The position numbers and the translations under genes were made by a program. From Polyangiales bacterium (lineage in GTDB: Bacteria; Myxococcota_A; Polyangia; Polyangiales; Polyangiaceae): 64,000 bases of DNA. Shown here piece after piece: positions 38,623 through 47,926 of this stretch; within the stretch, counting starts at the first letter, position 1; the number at the start of each line of letters is the position of its first letter. The DNA lies in assembly GCA_038230375.1 (NCBI GenBank), contig JBBRNJ010000038.1, positions 14,721 through 78,720 of the forward strand, in the 5' to 3' direction. The notes under the pieces are model-generated. The model was not told the origin of the DNA. It did not search any database and saw nothing but the letters and a program-made list of their open reading frames with translations.

Positions 38623-40383
38623 TCAGGAAAAGCCGGGCAACGGTGGCAGCGGCGGCGTGGAAGGTGATGGCGGCGTGGAAGGTGATGGCGGCGCCGGCGG
38701 TGCGGAGGCCCGCGTCGACTGCTTCTTCGCCTTCTCCCCCGCTCGCTTCTGCGAGAGGTAGTTGTCCCAGTTGCCCGCGTACCGCGTGAGCTTGCCCTCG
38801 CCCTCGAAGGCCAGGACCGAGGTGACGACGCGGTCGAGGAAGAAGCGATCGTGGCTGACGCAGAGGACGCAGCCGGGCCAGCTCTCGATCAGATCAGCGA
38901 CGGAGGCGAGCGTTGCAATGTCGAGATCGTTCGTGGGCTCGTCCAGGAGCAGGACGTTCGCGCCCGTCTTCAGCGCGAGCGCAAGGGCCACGCGGGCGCG
39001 CTCCCCACCGGAGAGCGCGGACACCTTTCGCCGTAGAGCCGCGCCCTCGAAGAGGAACAGCTCCAGGTACGCGCGCATCTGCATCTCGCGGTCGCCGATC
39101 ATCACCATGCCGGCGCCGGTCTTGTCGGAGTGCTCGCGCTCGGTGACGTTGTCGAGCACGGTCCAGTCATCCTTGAGCGTGGTGCGCGCCTGATCGAAGT
39201 ACGCAAATTTGGTCTTCTCCCCGCGTACCACCTTGCCGGACGTGGGCGCGAGCTCCGCCGTGACCAGCTTGAGGAGCGTGGTCTTCCCCGCCCCGTTCGG
39301 ACCGACGATGCCGACACGATCGCCCTTCACGAGCCGCATCGTGAAGTCGTTGATGAGGCGACGGCCGCCAAGGTCCAGGGAGACGTCGAGCATCTCCAGG
39401 ATCGTCCCTCCAAGACGCGAGGAGCCGGCCTCGAGCCCCGTGAGCTCGACCTCGCCACGCGCGCGCGGTCCCTCGATGGCGATCGCCGTCTCTGCGCGCT
39501 GGATGCGGGATTTCTGCTTCGTGGAGCGCGCCTTCGGCTGACGCCGCAGCCAGTCGATCTCCTTGCGAAGGAAGTTCTGACGATTGGACTCCGCGCGCTC
39601 GGCGTGGGCATAACGCTCCGCCTTCTGCACCAGGAAGTCCTCGAACATGGAGGCCTGATCGGTGCGCTTGGTGTACTCGGTGAGGCGCCCGTCCTCCAGG
39701 TCGAAGACGCGCGTGGCGACGTTGTCCATCAGGTAGCGATCGTGCGTGACCAGGAGCACGGCGCCCGGGAACTCGTTCACCAGGTACTCCTCGAGCCAGA
39801 TGATGGTGTCGGCGTCGAGATGGTTCGTGGGCTCGTCGAAGATGGCCAGGTCGGGCTTCGCGATCAGGATGCGCGCCAGGGCAACCCGGCGCTTCTCGCC
39901 GCCGCTCATGGTCCCGACGGGCCGCTCGACATGCTGGACGCCCAGGTGGAGGAGAACCTCGTCTACCTCGTGATCGCGCGACCACCCACCGAGCCGCTCC
40001 ACGTCCTCCGCGAGTGACGCCTGCTCGTGCAGCACCTCCTCGCTGGTCTCGCCGCCCTCGATGCGCGCAGAGACCGCGTCGTATCGCTCCTTTGCGCCGT
40101 GCCAGAGCGCGAGGCCCTCGCGGGCGATCTCTCGCGGCGTCCGCTCCGGATCGAGCACGGGCTCCTGCGGCAGATAGAGGATGGTCGCATCGCGTCGGCG
40201 GTCGATGGTGCCACCATCCAGCGGCTCGAGACCCGCGAGCACGCGAAGCAGCGTCGACTTTCCAGTGCCATTGGGCCCGAGCAGCGCGACCTTCTCTCCA
40301 CGGCGGATCGTGAACGTCGCCTGGTCGAAGAGTGGCCGCAGGCCGTAGGCCTTGGAGACGCCGTGAGCGGTGAGGACGGGCAT
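38623..40383 (-). CDS. ABC-F family ATPase (Uup-like)
   Basis: Two ABC domains (GPNGTGKS/SGGE/DEPTNHLD and GPNGAGKT/LSGGE/DEPTNDLD), linker WLRRQPKARSTKQK, no TM segments. Confidence 0.93.
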   Translation of the reverse strand: MPVLTAHGVSKAYGLRPLFDQATFTIRRGEKVALLGPNGTGKSTLLRVLAGLEPLDGGTIDRRRDATILYLPQEPVLDPERTPREIAREGLALWHGAKERYDAVSARIEGGETSEEVLHEQASLAEDVERLGGWSRDHEVDEVLLHLGVQHVERPVGTMSGGEKRRVALARILIAKPDLAIFDEPTNHLDADTIIWLEEYLVNEFPGAVLLVTHDRYLMDNVATRVFDLEDGRLTEYTKRTDQASMFEDFLVQKAERYAHAERAESNRQNFLRKEIDWLRRQPKARSTKQKSRIQRAETAIAIEGPRARGEVELTGLEAGSSRLGGTILEMLDVSLDLGGRRLINDFTMRLVKGDRVGIVGPNGAGKTTLLKLVTAELAPTSGKVVRGEKTKFAYFDQARTTLKDDWTVLDNVTEREHSDKTGAGMVMIGDREMQMRAYLELFLFEGAALRRKVSALSGGERARVALALALKTGANVLLLDEPTNDLDIATLASVADLIESWPGCVLCVSHDRFFLDRVVTSVLAFEGEGKLTRYAGNWDNYLSQKRAGEKAKKQSTRASAPPAPPSPSTPPSPSTPPLPPLPGFS

Positions 40384-40409
40384 GTGCGGGGACCCACTAG
40401 CAGCAAAGC

Positions 40410-40508
40410 GACCCCAACATCGACAACGACTTCGACCTCGACCTCGACCTCGACCTCGACCTCGACCTCGACCTCGACCTCGACCTCGACCTCGACCTCG
40501 ACCTCGAC
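40410..40508. repeat. (GACCTC)n microsatellite: 12 perfect units (40434-40505) plus degenerate flank
   Basis: Read directly. Abuts the stop codon of the CoA ligase. Confidence 0.97.
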
Positions 40509-42161
40509 TCAGCCCTCCGCCTTCAGCGCCTTCTTGTCGACCTTGCCGCGATCGTTCTTCGGCAGGTCCTCTACGAACTGCACGATGCGGGGATACTTGT
40601 ACTTTGCAAGCTTCGTCTGGACGAAGACCTGCAGCTCCTCGGCCAGCTTGGTGTCGTCGGTGGAGGCGCCCTTGGCCTTGACGACGAACGCCTTCGTCTT
40701 CACCAGGCCGTCGTGCGCGACGCCGATGACGGCGGCGATCGATACCGCGGGGTGCCGCATCAGGCACTCCTCCACCTCGACGGGGGCGACCCACTGACCG
40801 CCGACCTTGAGGAGGTCGTCGGCTCTGCCTGCAAAGTACAGGTATCCGTCGTCGTCCATCCTGAACAGGTCGCCCGTGCGGCACCAGTGGCCGTGGAACG
40901 TCTTCCAGCTCTTGTCGCGATCGGCGTAGTAGCCGTGGCTCACGCTGTCGCCCTTCACCCAGAGCACGCCGATCTCGCCTGGCGCACACGGGGTGGCGCC
41001 CGCGCCTTCCGCGTCCTCGGGCAGCACGCGCAGCTCGTAGCCGGCCACCGCTTTGCCCAGGCTCCCGGGCTTGATGTCGCCCGGCCTGTTCGATGCGTAG
41101 ATGTGGAACATCTCTGCGGAGCCGATGCCGTCGTAGACGTCGGACGAGAAGCGCGCCTGCCATTTGCGGAGCAGCGGCTCCGGCAGCGCCTCGCCCGCGG
41201 ACATGGAGAAGCGCACGGCGTCGAAATCGAGCCGTTTCTTGCCTGCGGCAGCGAGCTCGTCGTCGTGGTCGAGGAGCTTGCCCAGCATGGTGGGCACGTT
41301 CGTCACGACCGTGGCGCGGTACGTCTCGATGGCCCACGCGAGTGACTCCGGCGATGGCTTCTCGGAGAAGAGACCAGTCGTCGCGCCGACCGCGAACGGG
41401 AAGAAGAGGTTCGTACCCGTCGCGTAGCCGAAGAACAGGCGCGGCACGCTCACCGTCATGTCGCCTTCGCGATACCCCACGGTCGCCTTCGCGTAGACCT
41501 CCGTGTTCCAGATGAAGTCGCGGTGCGAGTGCACGTTCGCTTTTGGCTCGCCGGTGGAGCCGCTGGTGAAGAGCCACATCGCGGGCTCGTCCTTGTGCAT
41601 CGGCACGGGCTCCATGGGCTCGGCGCGCGAGAGCTCCGCCGACAGCTCGCGCACCAGGTCGTCCGCGGCCGCGGCTCCGCCAATGGGCGCCTCAGGATCC
41701 CCACCGGTCTTCGTCTCCGGCACGGTGAGCACGTGCAGCAGATCCGGCCCCAGCTCTGCGCGCGATGCACGCAGTAGGTCGGCCACGCGCGGGATGGTCA
41801 CCACCACGGCGGCGCGCGTGTACTTCACCAGGTAGTCAATGGAGCTCTGCGGCGCCTCCGGGTTGCCCATGGCCACGATCGCGCCGCGCGCAAGCGTCCC
41901 GAAGATGGCCCACGCGAACGGCGGCACGTCCGGCAGCACGATGAGCACGCGCTCCCCCCGGCGCACGCCCAGCTTCTGGAGCATTCCAGCGAACCGCTTC
42001 GACCGATCCGCGACCGTCGCGTAGGTGTACGCGCGCTCACCGTAGCGAATCGCCACCTTCTCGCCCTTGCCCTCGGCGAGGCGCGCGAACAGGTAGTACT
42101 CGGCCATGTGCAGGTCGTCGGCGATGCTCGTGTTCGGGCTGGTGCTTGCGATGTTGCTCAT
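40509..42161 (-). CDS. Benzoate-CoA ligase family protein
   Basis: FTSGSTGEPK, PRLFFGYATG, SAGEALP, DGIGSAEMFHIY and GRADDLLKVGG motifs. Confidence 0.92.
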   Translation of the reverse strand: MSNIASTSPNTSIADDLHMAEYYLFARLAEGKGEKVAIRYGERAYTYATVADRSKRFAGMLQKLGVRRGERVLIVLPDVPPFAWAIFGTLARGAIVAMGNPEAPQSSIDYLVKYTRAAVVVTIPRVADLLRASRAELGPDLLHVLTVPETKTGGDPEAPIGGAAAADDLVRELSAELSRAEPMEPVPMHKDEPAMWLFTSGSTGEPKANVHSHRDFIWNTEVYAKATVGYREGDMTVSVPRLFFGYATGTNLFFPFAVGATTGLFSEKPSPESLAWAIETYRATVVTNVPTMLGKLLDHDDELAAAGKKRLDFDAVRFSMSAGEALPEPLLRKWQARFSSDVYDGIGSAEMFHIYASNRPGDIKPGSLGKAVAGYELRVLPEDAEGAGATPCAPGEIGVLWVKGDSVSHGYYADRDKSWKTFHGHWCRTGDLFRMDDDGYLYFAGRADDLLKVGGQWVAPVEVEECLMRHPAVSIAAVIGVAHDGLVKTKAFVVKAKGASTDDTKLAEELQVFVQTKLAKYKYPRIVQFVEDLPKNDRGKVDKKALKAEG

Positions 42162-42176
42162 GCGACTGTCCTCTTC

Positions 42177-43685
42177 TCAGCTCGTTCTGCCGACGCACGC
42201 GTCGACACGCGAAGGATCCTCGGGTGCGGAGGAGGCGTCTTGCGGCTCTCCGGTGACCGTTGCGCGGACCATGTTCGACCGCGGCCCGCGATTGCCCGCG
42301 AGATCGTACGGGCGCACCTCGTAGGCGTAGCTGTCGCCCGGAAGCACGCGTGCATCCTCGAAGCGCAACGAGCCCGCGCGCACGCTCGCGTAGTGCGTGA
42401 ACAGCGCGGGCGTTGCGTTGGCACCTGCGAACGCCGCGCGGAAGATCTCGTAGCCGTAGATGTCCTCGTTGTCCTTTGCGGCATGCCACCGGAGAAGGAC
42501 GCGACCTTGCGATGCGTCCGCGGTGAGCGCTGCGCCCGCCTCCGGCCACGTGGGCGCCACGCGGTCGATGCTCTCCGGAGCCACGCCTTTGCGTCTGGGC
42601 CAAAGCGTGCAGTCTACACGTTTGAAGCTCTCGTCCAGGGCCTTGCAGACGTTGCCGTAGACGCAGCGGACGACCGTCTCCTCGCGGTCCTCACGCCACT
42701 TGTTCGGAAGGTCGGGGTCCGCGAGCAGAGCGCGCGCCATTCCCACGAGCTCCGCGGTGCCGTTCGCGAGCACCTCTTCGGCGAGCGTCTTCGTGCCGAT
42801 CTTCCCCGCGGCCACCACGGGCGTGTCGAGGCCTGCGGCGCGCAGAGCGGCATGCACCGCGCTTGGAATGTAGAGGTTCGCGCCATCGGGGTACGTCGCG
42901 CCGGGCATGCAGCGGTCACCGGAGTAGCCGGTGTACGGGTACAGCGGCTCGCCCTGGATGACGCGCGCGTCCTCGAACTTGCCGCCTGCCGACAGCGAGA
43001 TGTAGTCCGCGCCGCTTCGCGCGAGCGCCACTGCGATCTCACCTGCGTCCAGCGTGGTGTACCCGCCGCGAATGCACTCGTCGCCCACGAAGCGCACGCC
43101 GACGGTGAAGTCGTCGCCGACCGCGCGCCGCACGGCCGCGAGCGCGCGCATGGGCAACCGCAGCCGATTCTGCAGCGTGCCGCCGTACGCGTCGCGTCGC
43201 GGATTCCGGCGCGAGAGGAACGAGCTGAGCGTGTAGGCATGCGCCATGTGAAGCTCCACGCCGTCGAAGCCGGCCTGGCGCGCGCGCACTGCGGCTTCCC
43301 CGTACGCGTGCACGATCGCGTCGAGGTCCGCGAGCGACAACATGTCCACGGTCTGCCGCCAGCCAGAGCGGGAGATCTTGAGAAAATGGATCACCTGCGG
43401 GAACACCTTGCCCGGACCCGCGTCGTGGCAGCGCGTGCAGAGATCGCGCAGGCCGGGCACGAATGCGTCGCTCGAGATGCGGAGCAGCGGGCCGCTCTTC
43501 GACTCGTGCACGGCCATCGCCTCGATCACGGTGAGCCCCACGCCACCCTTCGCGAAGCGCACGTAGCGCGTGCGGATGTCGTCATTCACGTGCCCGTCCT
43601 CACCGGACAGACGCGTGACCATCGCCGGCAAAACGAGCCTGTTCGGAAGCGTGGTGCCGCGGAGGGCGAGCGGCGAGAACAGCAC
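42177..43685 (-). CDS. NADH:flavin oxidoreductase (old yellow enzyme family) with C-terminal fibronectin type III domain
   Basis: PAMVTRL, ELHMAHAYTLSSFLS..N.R.D.YGG...NR and MARALLADP, then LRW...DN.DIYGYEIFR...YAYEVRPYDLAGN. Confidence 0.9.
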   Translation of the reverse strand: MLFSPLALRGTTLPNRLVLPAMVTRLSGEDGHVNDDIRTRYVRFAKGGVGLTVIEAMAVHESKSGPLLRISSDAFVPGLRDLCTRCHDAGPGKVFPQVIHFLKISRSGWRQTVDMLSLADLDAIVHAYGEAAVRARQAGFDGVELHMAHAYTLSSFLSRRNPRRDAYGGTLQNRLRLPMRALAAVRRAVGDDFTVGVRFVGDECIRGGYTTLDAGEIAVALARSGADYISLSAGGKFEDARVIQGEPLYPYTGYSGDRCMPGATYPDGANLYIPSAVHAALRAAGLDTPVVAAGKIGTKTLAEEVLANGTAELVGMARALLADPDLPNKWREDREETVVRCVYGNVCKALDESFKRVDCTLWPRRKGVAPESIDRVAPTWPEAGAALTADASQGRVLLRWHAAKDNEDIYGYEIFRAAFAGANATPALFTHYASVRAGSLRFEDARVLPGDSYAYEVRPYDLAGNRGPRSNMVRATVTGEPQDASSAPEDPSRVDACVGRTS

Positions 43686-43690
43686 GAACG

Positions 43691-44890
43691 CTACCTCCCC
43701 TTCTCGGCCTTCTCGCCCATCTCGGTGCGCGCGGTGAGCGCGCCGCCGATGATGAGCTTCTGGATCTCCGTTGTGCCCTCGTAGATGCGGAGCGGCCGGA
43801 TCTCTCGATAGAGCTGCTCCACCACGCTGCCGGTCGTGACGCCAAGGCCCCCGTGCAGCTGCACCGCAGAGTCGATGATCGTCTGCGCGGCCTCCGTGGC
43901 GTACATCTTCGCCATCGCGACCTCCATGCTGGCGCGCTCACCGTGATCCTTCTGCCAGGCTGCGCGGTACACGAGCAGGCGTGCGGCGGCGAGCTCCGTG
44001 GCCATGTCCGCGAGCTTCGCGCGAACGAGGTCCTTCTCCGCCAGAGGCGCGCCGAACTGCACGCGCGACTTCACGCGCGCTATCGCTTCATCCAGAGCGC
44101 GACGCGCCATGCCGCATGCAGCAGCGCCGACCGACGTGCGGAACACGTCCAGCGTGCCAAGCGCCAGGCGCATTCCGTGGCCGATTTCCCCGATCATCAT
44201 GCGCGCGCGACAGTCCTTCATGACCACGCGGCCCAGCGGGTGCGGGACGGAGATGGGCACCTGCGAGAGCTCGAGCCCCTTCGCGTCCTTCTCCACCATG
44301 AACGCGGAGATGCCCTTCTTGCCGAGCGACGGGTCCGCGTTCGCGAACACGATGTAGTGATCCGCGATGCCCGTGTTGGAGATGAACACCTTCTCGCCGG
44401 TGATCGTCCACGCGTCGCCGTCCTTCGTGGCCGCGGCGCGCATGGAAGCAACGTCACTGCCAGCCTCCGGCTCCGTGAGGCCGAAGGCGCCGATCCGCTT
44501 TCCCGAGACCACGTCCAGAAGGAGCGCCTTGTGGTCCGCGCCGCTCCTGTCCAGCACCAGCGCATGCGAGCCGAGCCCCTGCACGGCGAAGATCGAGTCC
44601 GCCATGGGCGCGTGATAGCCAAGATGCTCCCGCACCACACAGAGCGCACGCACGTCGACCGAGCCGGGGCGAGCTGCGTTCAGCGCACGCCCGCCAAGAT
44701 CGCCCGGAACAAGGAGCGAGAACACGGACGCCGCACGCAGGCTGGCGACCGCGGCCGCCGCGTCGTGGTCGAACATCGACAGCTTCGCGGCGTGAGGCCC
44801 GATCTCGAGGTCGAGCGAGCGATGCGCGTCCCCAAAGAACATCGGAAGCGACGAAGTGACGTCCGCGAGCGCCTGCGATTCCGTCTGCAT
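43691..44890 (-). CDS. Acyl-CoA dehydrogenase
   Basis: [19 protein letters not shown] and QLHGGLG...[11 protein letters not shown] motifs. Confidence 0.95.
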   Translation of the reverse strand: MQTESQALADVTSSLPMFFGDAHRSLDLEIGPHAAKLSMFDHDAAAAVASLRAASVFSLLVPGDLGGRALNAARPGSVDVRALCVVREHLGYHAPMADSIFAVQGLGSHALVLDRSGADHKALLLDVVSGKRIGAFGLTEPEAGSDVASMRAAATKDGDAWTITGEKVFISNTGIADHYIVFANADPSLGKKGISAFMVEKDAKGLELSQVPISVPHPLGRVVMKDCRARMMIGEIGHGMRLALGTLDVFRTSVGAAACGMARRALDEAIARVKSRVQFGAPLAEKDLVRAKLADMATELAAARLLVYRAAWQKDHGERASMEVAMAKMYATEAAQTIIDSAVQLHGGLGVTTGSVVEQLYREIRPLRIYEGTTEIQKLIIGGALTARTEMGEKAEKGR

Positions 44891-44893
44891 GAC

Positions 44894-45718
44894 CTACGGC
44901 TTTGCCTGGAAGGGGCCGCTTGCGCCCTTGAAGACGATCGGGCGCTTCTCTTTCCACGCGTCATACGAGGCGCGAAAATCCGGGTGCGCCATGCAGATGG
45001 CCTGGGCCTGCGCCTCGGCCTCGATGGCGGAGTCCAGCGGCATCGTGTGCTCGCTCTCCAGCATCTGCTTCGTCATGCGGTGCGCGAACGCCGGGCCGGA
45101 CGCAAGCCGCTCCGCCCATGCCTGTGCAGTCTGCACGCATTCCTCCGGCACCACGACCTTGTTGACCAGGCCGACGAACGCGGCGCGCTCGGCGTCGATC
45201 ACGTCGCCGAAGAAGAGCAGCTCGCTCGCGCGGCCAAGGCCCACGATGCGCGGGAGCAGGTACGCGGCGCCCATGTCCGCGCCGCAGAGGCCCACCTTGG
45301 GGAAGATGAAGCCGAACTTTGCGCTCGTGCTGGCCACGCGCAGATCGCAGGCAATGGCGATGACCGCGCCCGCTCCCACCGCAATGCCGTTCACGGCGGC
45401 GATGACGGGCCGACGTAACGCGCGGATGTTGCGGATGAGGGCGCCCGTCACCCGCGTGAAGGCGAGCAGGCCCTGCATGTCGCGCGAGAAGAGCTCACCG
45501 ATGATGTCGTCCACGTCGCCACCGGAGCAGAAGCCGCGGCCCTCACCCGTGATGACCACGGCGCGCACTGCATCCTCGGCGTCGAGCGCGGCGAAGGTGC
45601 TTGTGAGCTCCTCGTACACCTCGAACGTGAGCGAGTTGAGCTTGTCCGGCCGGTCCAGCGTGATCGTGGCAACGCCGGAGGCGGAGAGCGCATAGCGGAA
45701 CGACTTCGGTGCGAGCAC
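44894..45718 (-). CDS. Enoyl-CoA hydratase/isomerase family protein
   Basis: FCSGGDV, AAVNG.AVGAG and ADMGAAYLLPRIVG motifs. Confidence 0.93.
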   Translation of the reverse strand: MLAPKSFRYALSASGVATITLDRPDKLNSLTFEVYEELTSTFAALDAEDAVRAVVITGEGRGFCSGGDVDDIIGELFSRDMQGLLAFTRVTGALIRNIRALRRPVIAAVNGIAVGAGAVIAIACDLRVASTSAKFGFIFPKVGLCGADMGAAYLLPRIVGLGRASELLFFGDVIDAERAAFVGLVNKVVVPEECVQTAQAWAERLASGPAFAHRMTKQMLESEHTMPLDSAIEAEAQAQAICMAHPDFRASYDAWKEKRPIVFKGASGPFQAKP

Positions 45719-45719
45719 G

Positions 45720-46121
45720 TCAGGCGCTCTCTTTCGGGAGCGTCGCCACGCCCTCGATCTCGACCATGGCGCGGGGCTCCAGCAGGCCGGCGACCTTGAC
45801 CAGGCTCATGGCCGGGTAGTGCTTGCCCATGCGCTCGCGCCAGCCCTCGCCGATGACCTTGGTGGCGTCGCGGTACTTGTCCAGGTCCGTGACGAACACA
45901 AGGAGCTTCACGATGTGCTCGGTCCCGCCGCCGGCCGCGCGCACGACGGCGATCACGTTGTCCAGCGCCTTCAGGAACTGCATCGCAAAGTCATCGCTGA
46001 CGATGTGCGCGTCGTTGTCCCACGCGATCTGTCCGCTGATGTGGAGGCTCGCGCCCTCCGAGATGATGCCGTTCGTGTAGCCACGGGGCTTGGGGAACGA
46101 TGAAGGCTGGACGAAGCGCAT
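45720..46121 (-). CDS. RidA/Rid family protein
   Basis: PRGYTNG, ISGQIAW and HYPAMSLV.V..L.EPRAMVEIEG motifs. Confidence 0.92.
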   Translation of the reverse strand: MRFVQPSSFPKPRGYTNGIISEGASLHISGQIAWDNDAHIVSDDFAMQFLKALDNVIAVVRAAGGGTEHIVKLLVFVTDLDKYRDATKVIGEGWRERMGKHYPAMSLVKVAGLLEPRAMVEIEGVATLPKESA

Positions 46122-46153
46122 GGATACCTCTTCCTGTCGGGGCGTGCAGGCTA

Positions 46154-47926
46154 TCAGCGATATGGGATCTGCGCGACCTGACCGCGCAACGCCGCCGCAA
46201 GCGCGGAGAGGCGCTCGACCAGCGGCCCGTGGGCGCCCGGGTCTGCCACGGCGCCGGTCACGCTCGCCGTGAGCTCCTTCTCCGTGATCTCCACGCCGCG
46301 CTCGTCCATGAGCGCCTTCGCGAGCGCGCGCGCGTTGGCGGAAAGGTTGGGCGACGCAAGGTCGAAACCACCGGGTGGCAGCGAGAGCGGCGGATCGAGC
46401 AACAGCGTGAACGTGGTGTCCGTGGGCACGCCATGTACGGCGAAATGCGTCTCCACCTGCAGGCCATCGAAGCCCATGCGCGCGCCGTCGATGCGCATTG
46501 CGGTGCGCGTGAAGGTGCCGCCGACCTGCTCTGCGTAGGCCTGCCACGCGGGTACATGTGCCGTGAGGCCCAGCGGCGCGGGCAGCTGCGCGATCGCCTC
46601 CGCGATCTCGTTCCCCAGGTTGATGGCCTGGAGCGCAAAGGTACTGAGCGCCTGCACGGTGGACGCGTCGCCCTTCTGGGAGAGCCGGATGTGGCGATCG
46701 CTCGCCTCCATCTCGCTGTAGTAGACGGCGCGCGCACCGATCGCGGCCGCCAGGGCGCGGATCTGCTCGGGGTCGCGCGCGGTGATCATGTAGCCGGGGA
46801 TCTCCCCCGCCTCGCGTGCCGTGAGCCCGAAGAGGTTGGAGCCGCCCTTGCGTTCCAGGAGGAAGCCGACACCGAGCGGCGCGAAGTCATAGCGGACCAC
46901 GCGATGGTAGCCGTCCTGCTCGTGCTGGAGGTCAATGGTGAAAGAGAGCGCGCTCCCCCTTTCTGCGGCCTTGCCGGCGAGCGAGCGGCGCGACTGATCG
47001 TACGTGAGCCCCAGGCGTCCCGCGACCACCGAGAACACGCGATGCAGGCGGCCGCTGCCCACGGGCTGGATGAGATCCTGCGTGAGGCGACGAGGCGTGA
47101 CGAGCGGCGGATGCAGCACCAGCGGCGCGCGGAGCACCACGTCCGTACCCAGCGCAATGTCGCACTTCACTTCCATGATCGCGGCGGTCCCGTAGAGGCG
47201 ACCCTGGAAGCTGGGATGCAGGCCCTGCGGCAGGCGCACGGAGAACGGGATCGTCTCGCCCTCGGGCGGCCTGCCGTGGAAGAGGCGGCGACCGAAGCGC
47301 GTGGTGTAGCGCGAGAACGTGTACGGCTCGCGCAGGTTCTCCACCTGGACAATCGCGATGTCCACGCCGCGGCACGTGCGCGATCCCAGATCACTCACGC
47401 TGATCTGCCCCGAGATGGTCTCGTAGACGGACGCTTCCATCGTGTCGACGCTGAGCTCGATCGCGGGGTCGTCGCTTCCGGAGGTTGCGTCGCGGGTGGT
47501 GTAGATGATCGGCTTGGGCGGATACGGCTCCATCAACGGGAAGCCGACTGGCAGATCGTATGCGGCGGTGCGGTCGGCCCACCACGGGATTGCGACGCGG
47601 ATGAAGAGCTCGTACCGGATGCGCGTGTCGGCGCCGACATGGCTTGGCGCGGCGTGCTCGGGGATGGTGAAGGTCAGATCGTATTTGTAGACGCCAGGCG
47701 CGTACGTCTTGCCGGGGAGAGAGCGCTTCAGTGCAAGGCTCTTCCAGTTCGCGCTGCGGTGCTGATTGCCACCACCGGCGCCGGCGTACTCGTGCCCGTT
47801 GAGCTCCACGTCCACGGAGTCCACGGGCGTCTCCGTCTTGAACGTGAGCTCCAGCGCCACAGGCACCGTGGAGCCAGGGACCACGTTGGGCCCGTGCCAG
47901 AGACGGACTGTCGGTCGGCTCCTCAT
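46154..47926 (-). CDS. Hypothetical protein with arrestin/SpoOM-like N-terminal domain
   Basis: PG.YKY..TFTIPE.A.PS...IRYEL....IPWW, repeated as FSVRLP....PSF.G. ATGA overlap with the Sua5 gene. Confidence 0.75.
   Translation of the reverse strand: MRSRPTVRLWHGPNVVPGSTVPVALELTFKTETPVDSVDVELNGHEYAGAGGGNQHRSANWKSLALKRSLPGKTYAPGVYKYDLTFTIPEHAAPSHVGADTRIRYELFIRVAIPWWADRTAAYDLPVGFPLMEPYPPKPIIYTTRDATSGSDDPAIELSVDTMEASVYETISGQISVSDLGSRTCRGVDIAIVQVENLREPYTFSRYTTRFGRRLFHGRPPEGETIPFSVRLPQGLHPSFQGRLYGTAAIMEVKCDIALGTDVVLRAPLVLHPPLVTPRRLTQDLIQPVGSGRLHRVFSVVAGRLGLTYDQSRRSLAGKAAERGSALSFTIDLQHEQDGYHRVVRYDFAPLGVGFLLERKGGSNLFGLTAREAGEIPGYMITARDPEQIRALAAAIGARAVYYSEMEASDRHIRLSQKGDASTVQALSTFALQAINLGNEIAEAIAQLPAPLGLTAHVPAWQAYAEQVGGTFTRTAMRIDGARMGFDGLQVETHFAVHGVPTDTTFTLLLDPPLSLPPGGFDLASPNLSANARALAKALMDERGVEITEKELTASVTGAVADPGAHGPLVERLSALAAALRGQVAQIPYR

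Noticed and set aside
38646..38700. 18-bp repeat at the ABC-F 3' end
   Set aside because: Encodes an ordinary PPSPST low-complexity tail.
29752..40508. Tandem repeats as CRISPR arrays
   Set aside because: No unique spacers, units are too short, and no cas genes are present.
38623..41577. 984-aa ORF suggesting a large N-terminal fusion to the ABC-F protein
   Set aside because: The extension is an off-frame read of the CoA ligase plus the (RG)n translation of the microsatellite. The real start is 40383.
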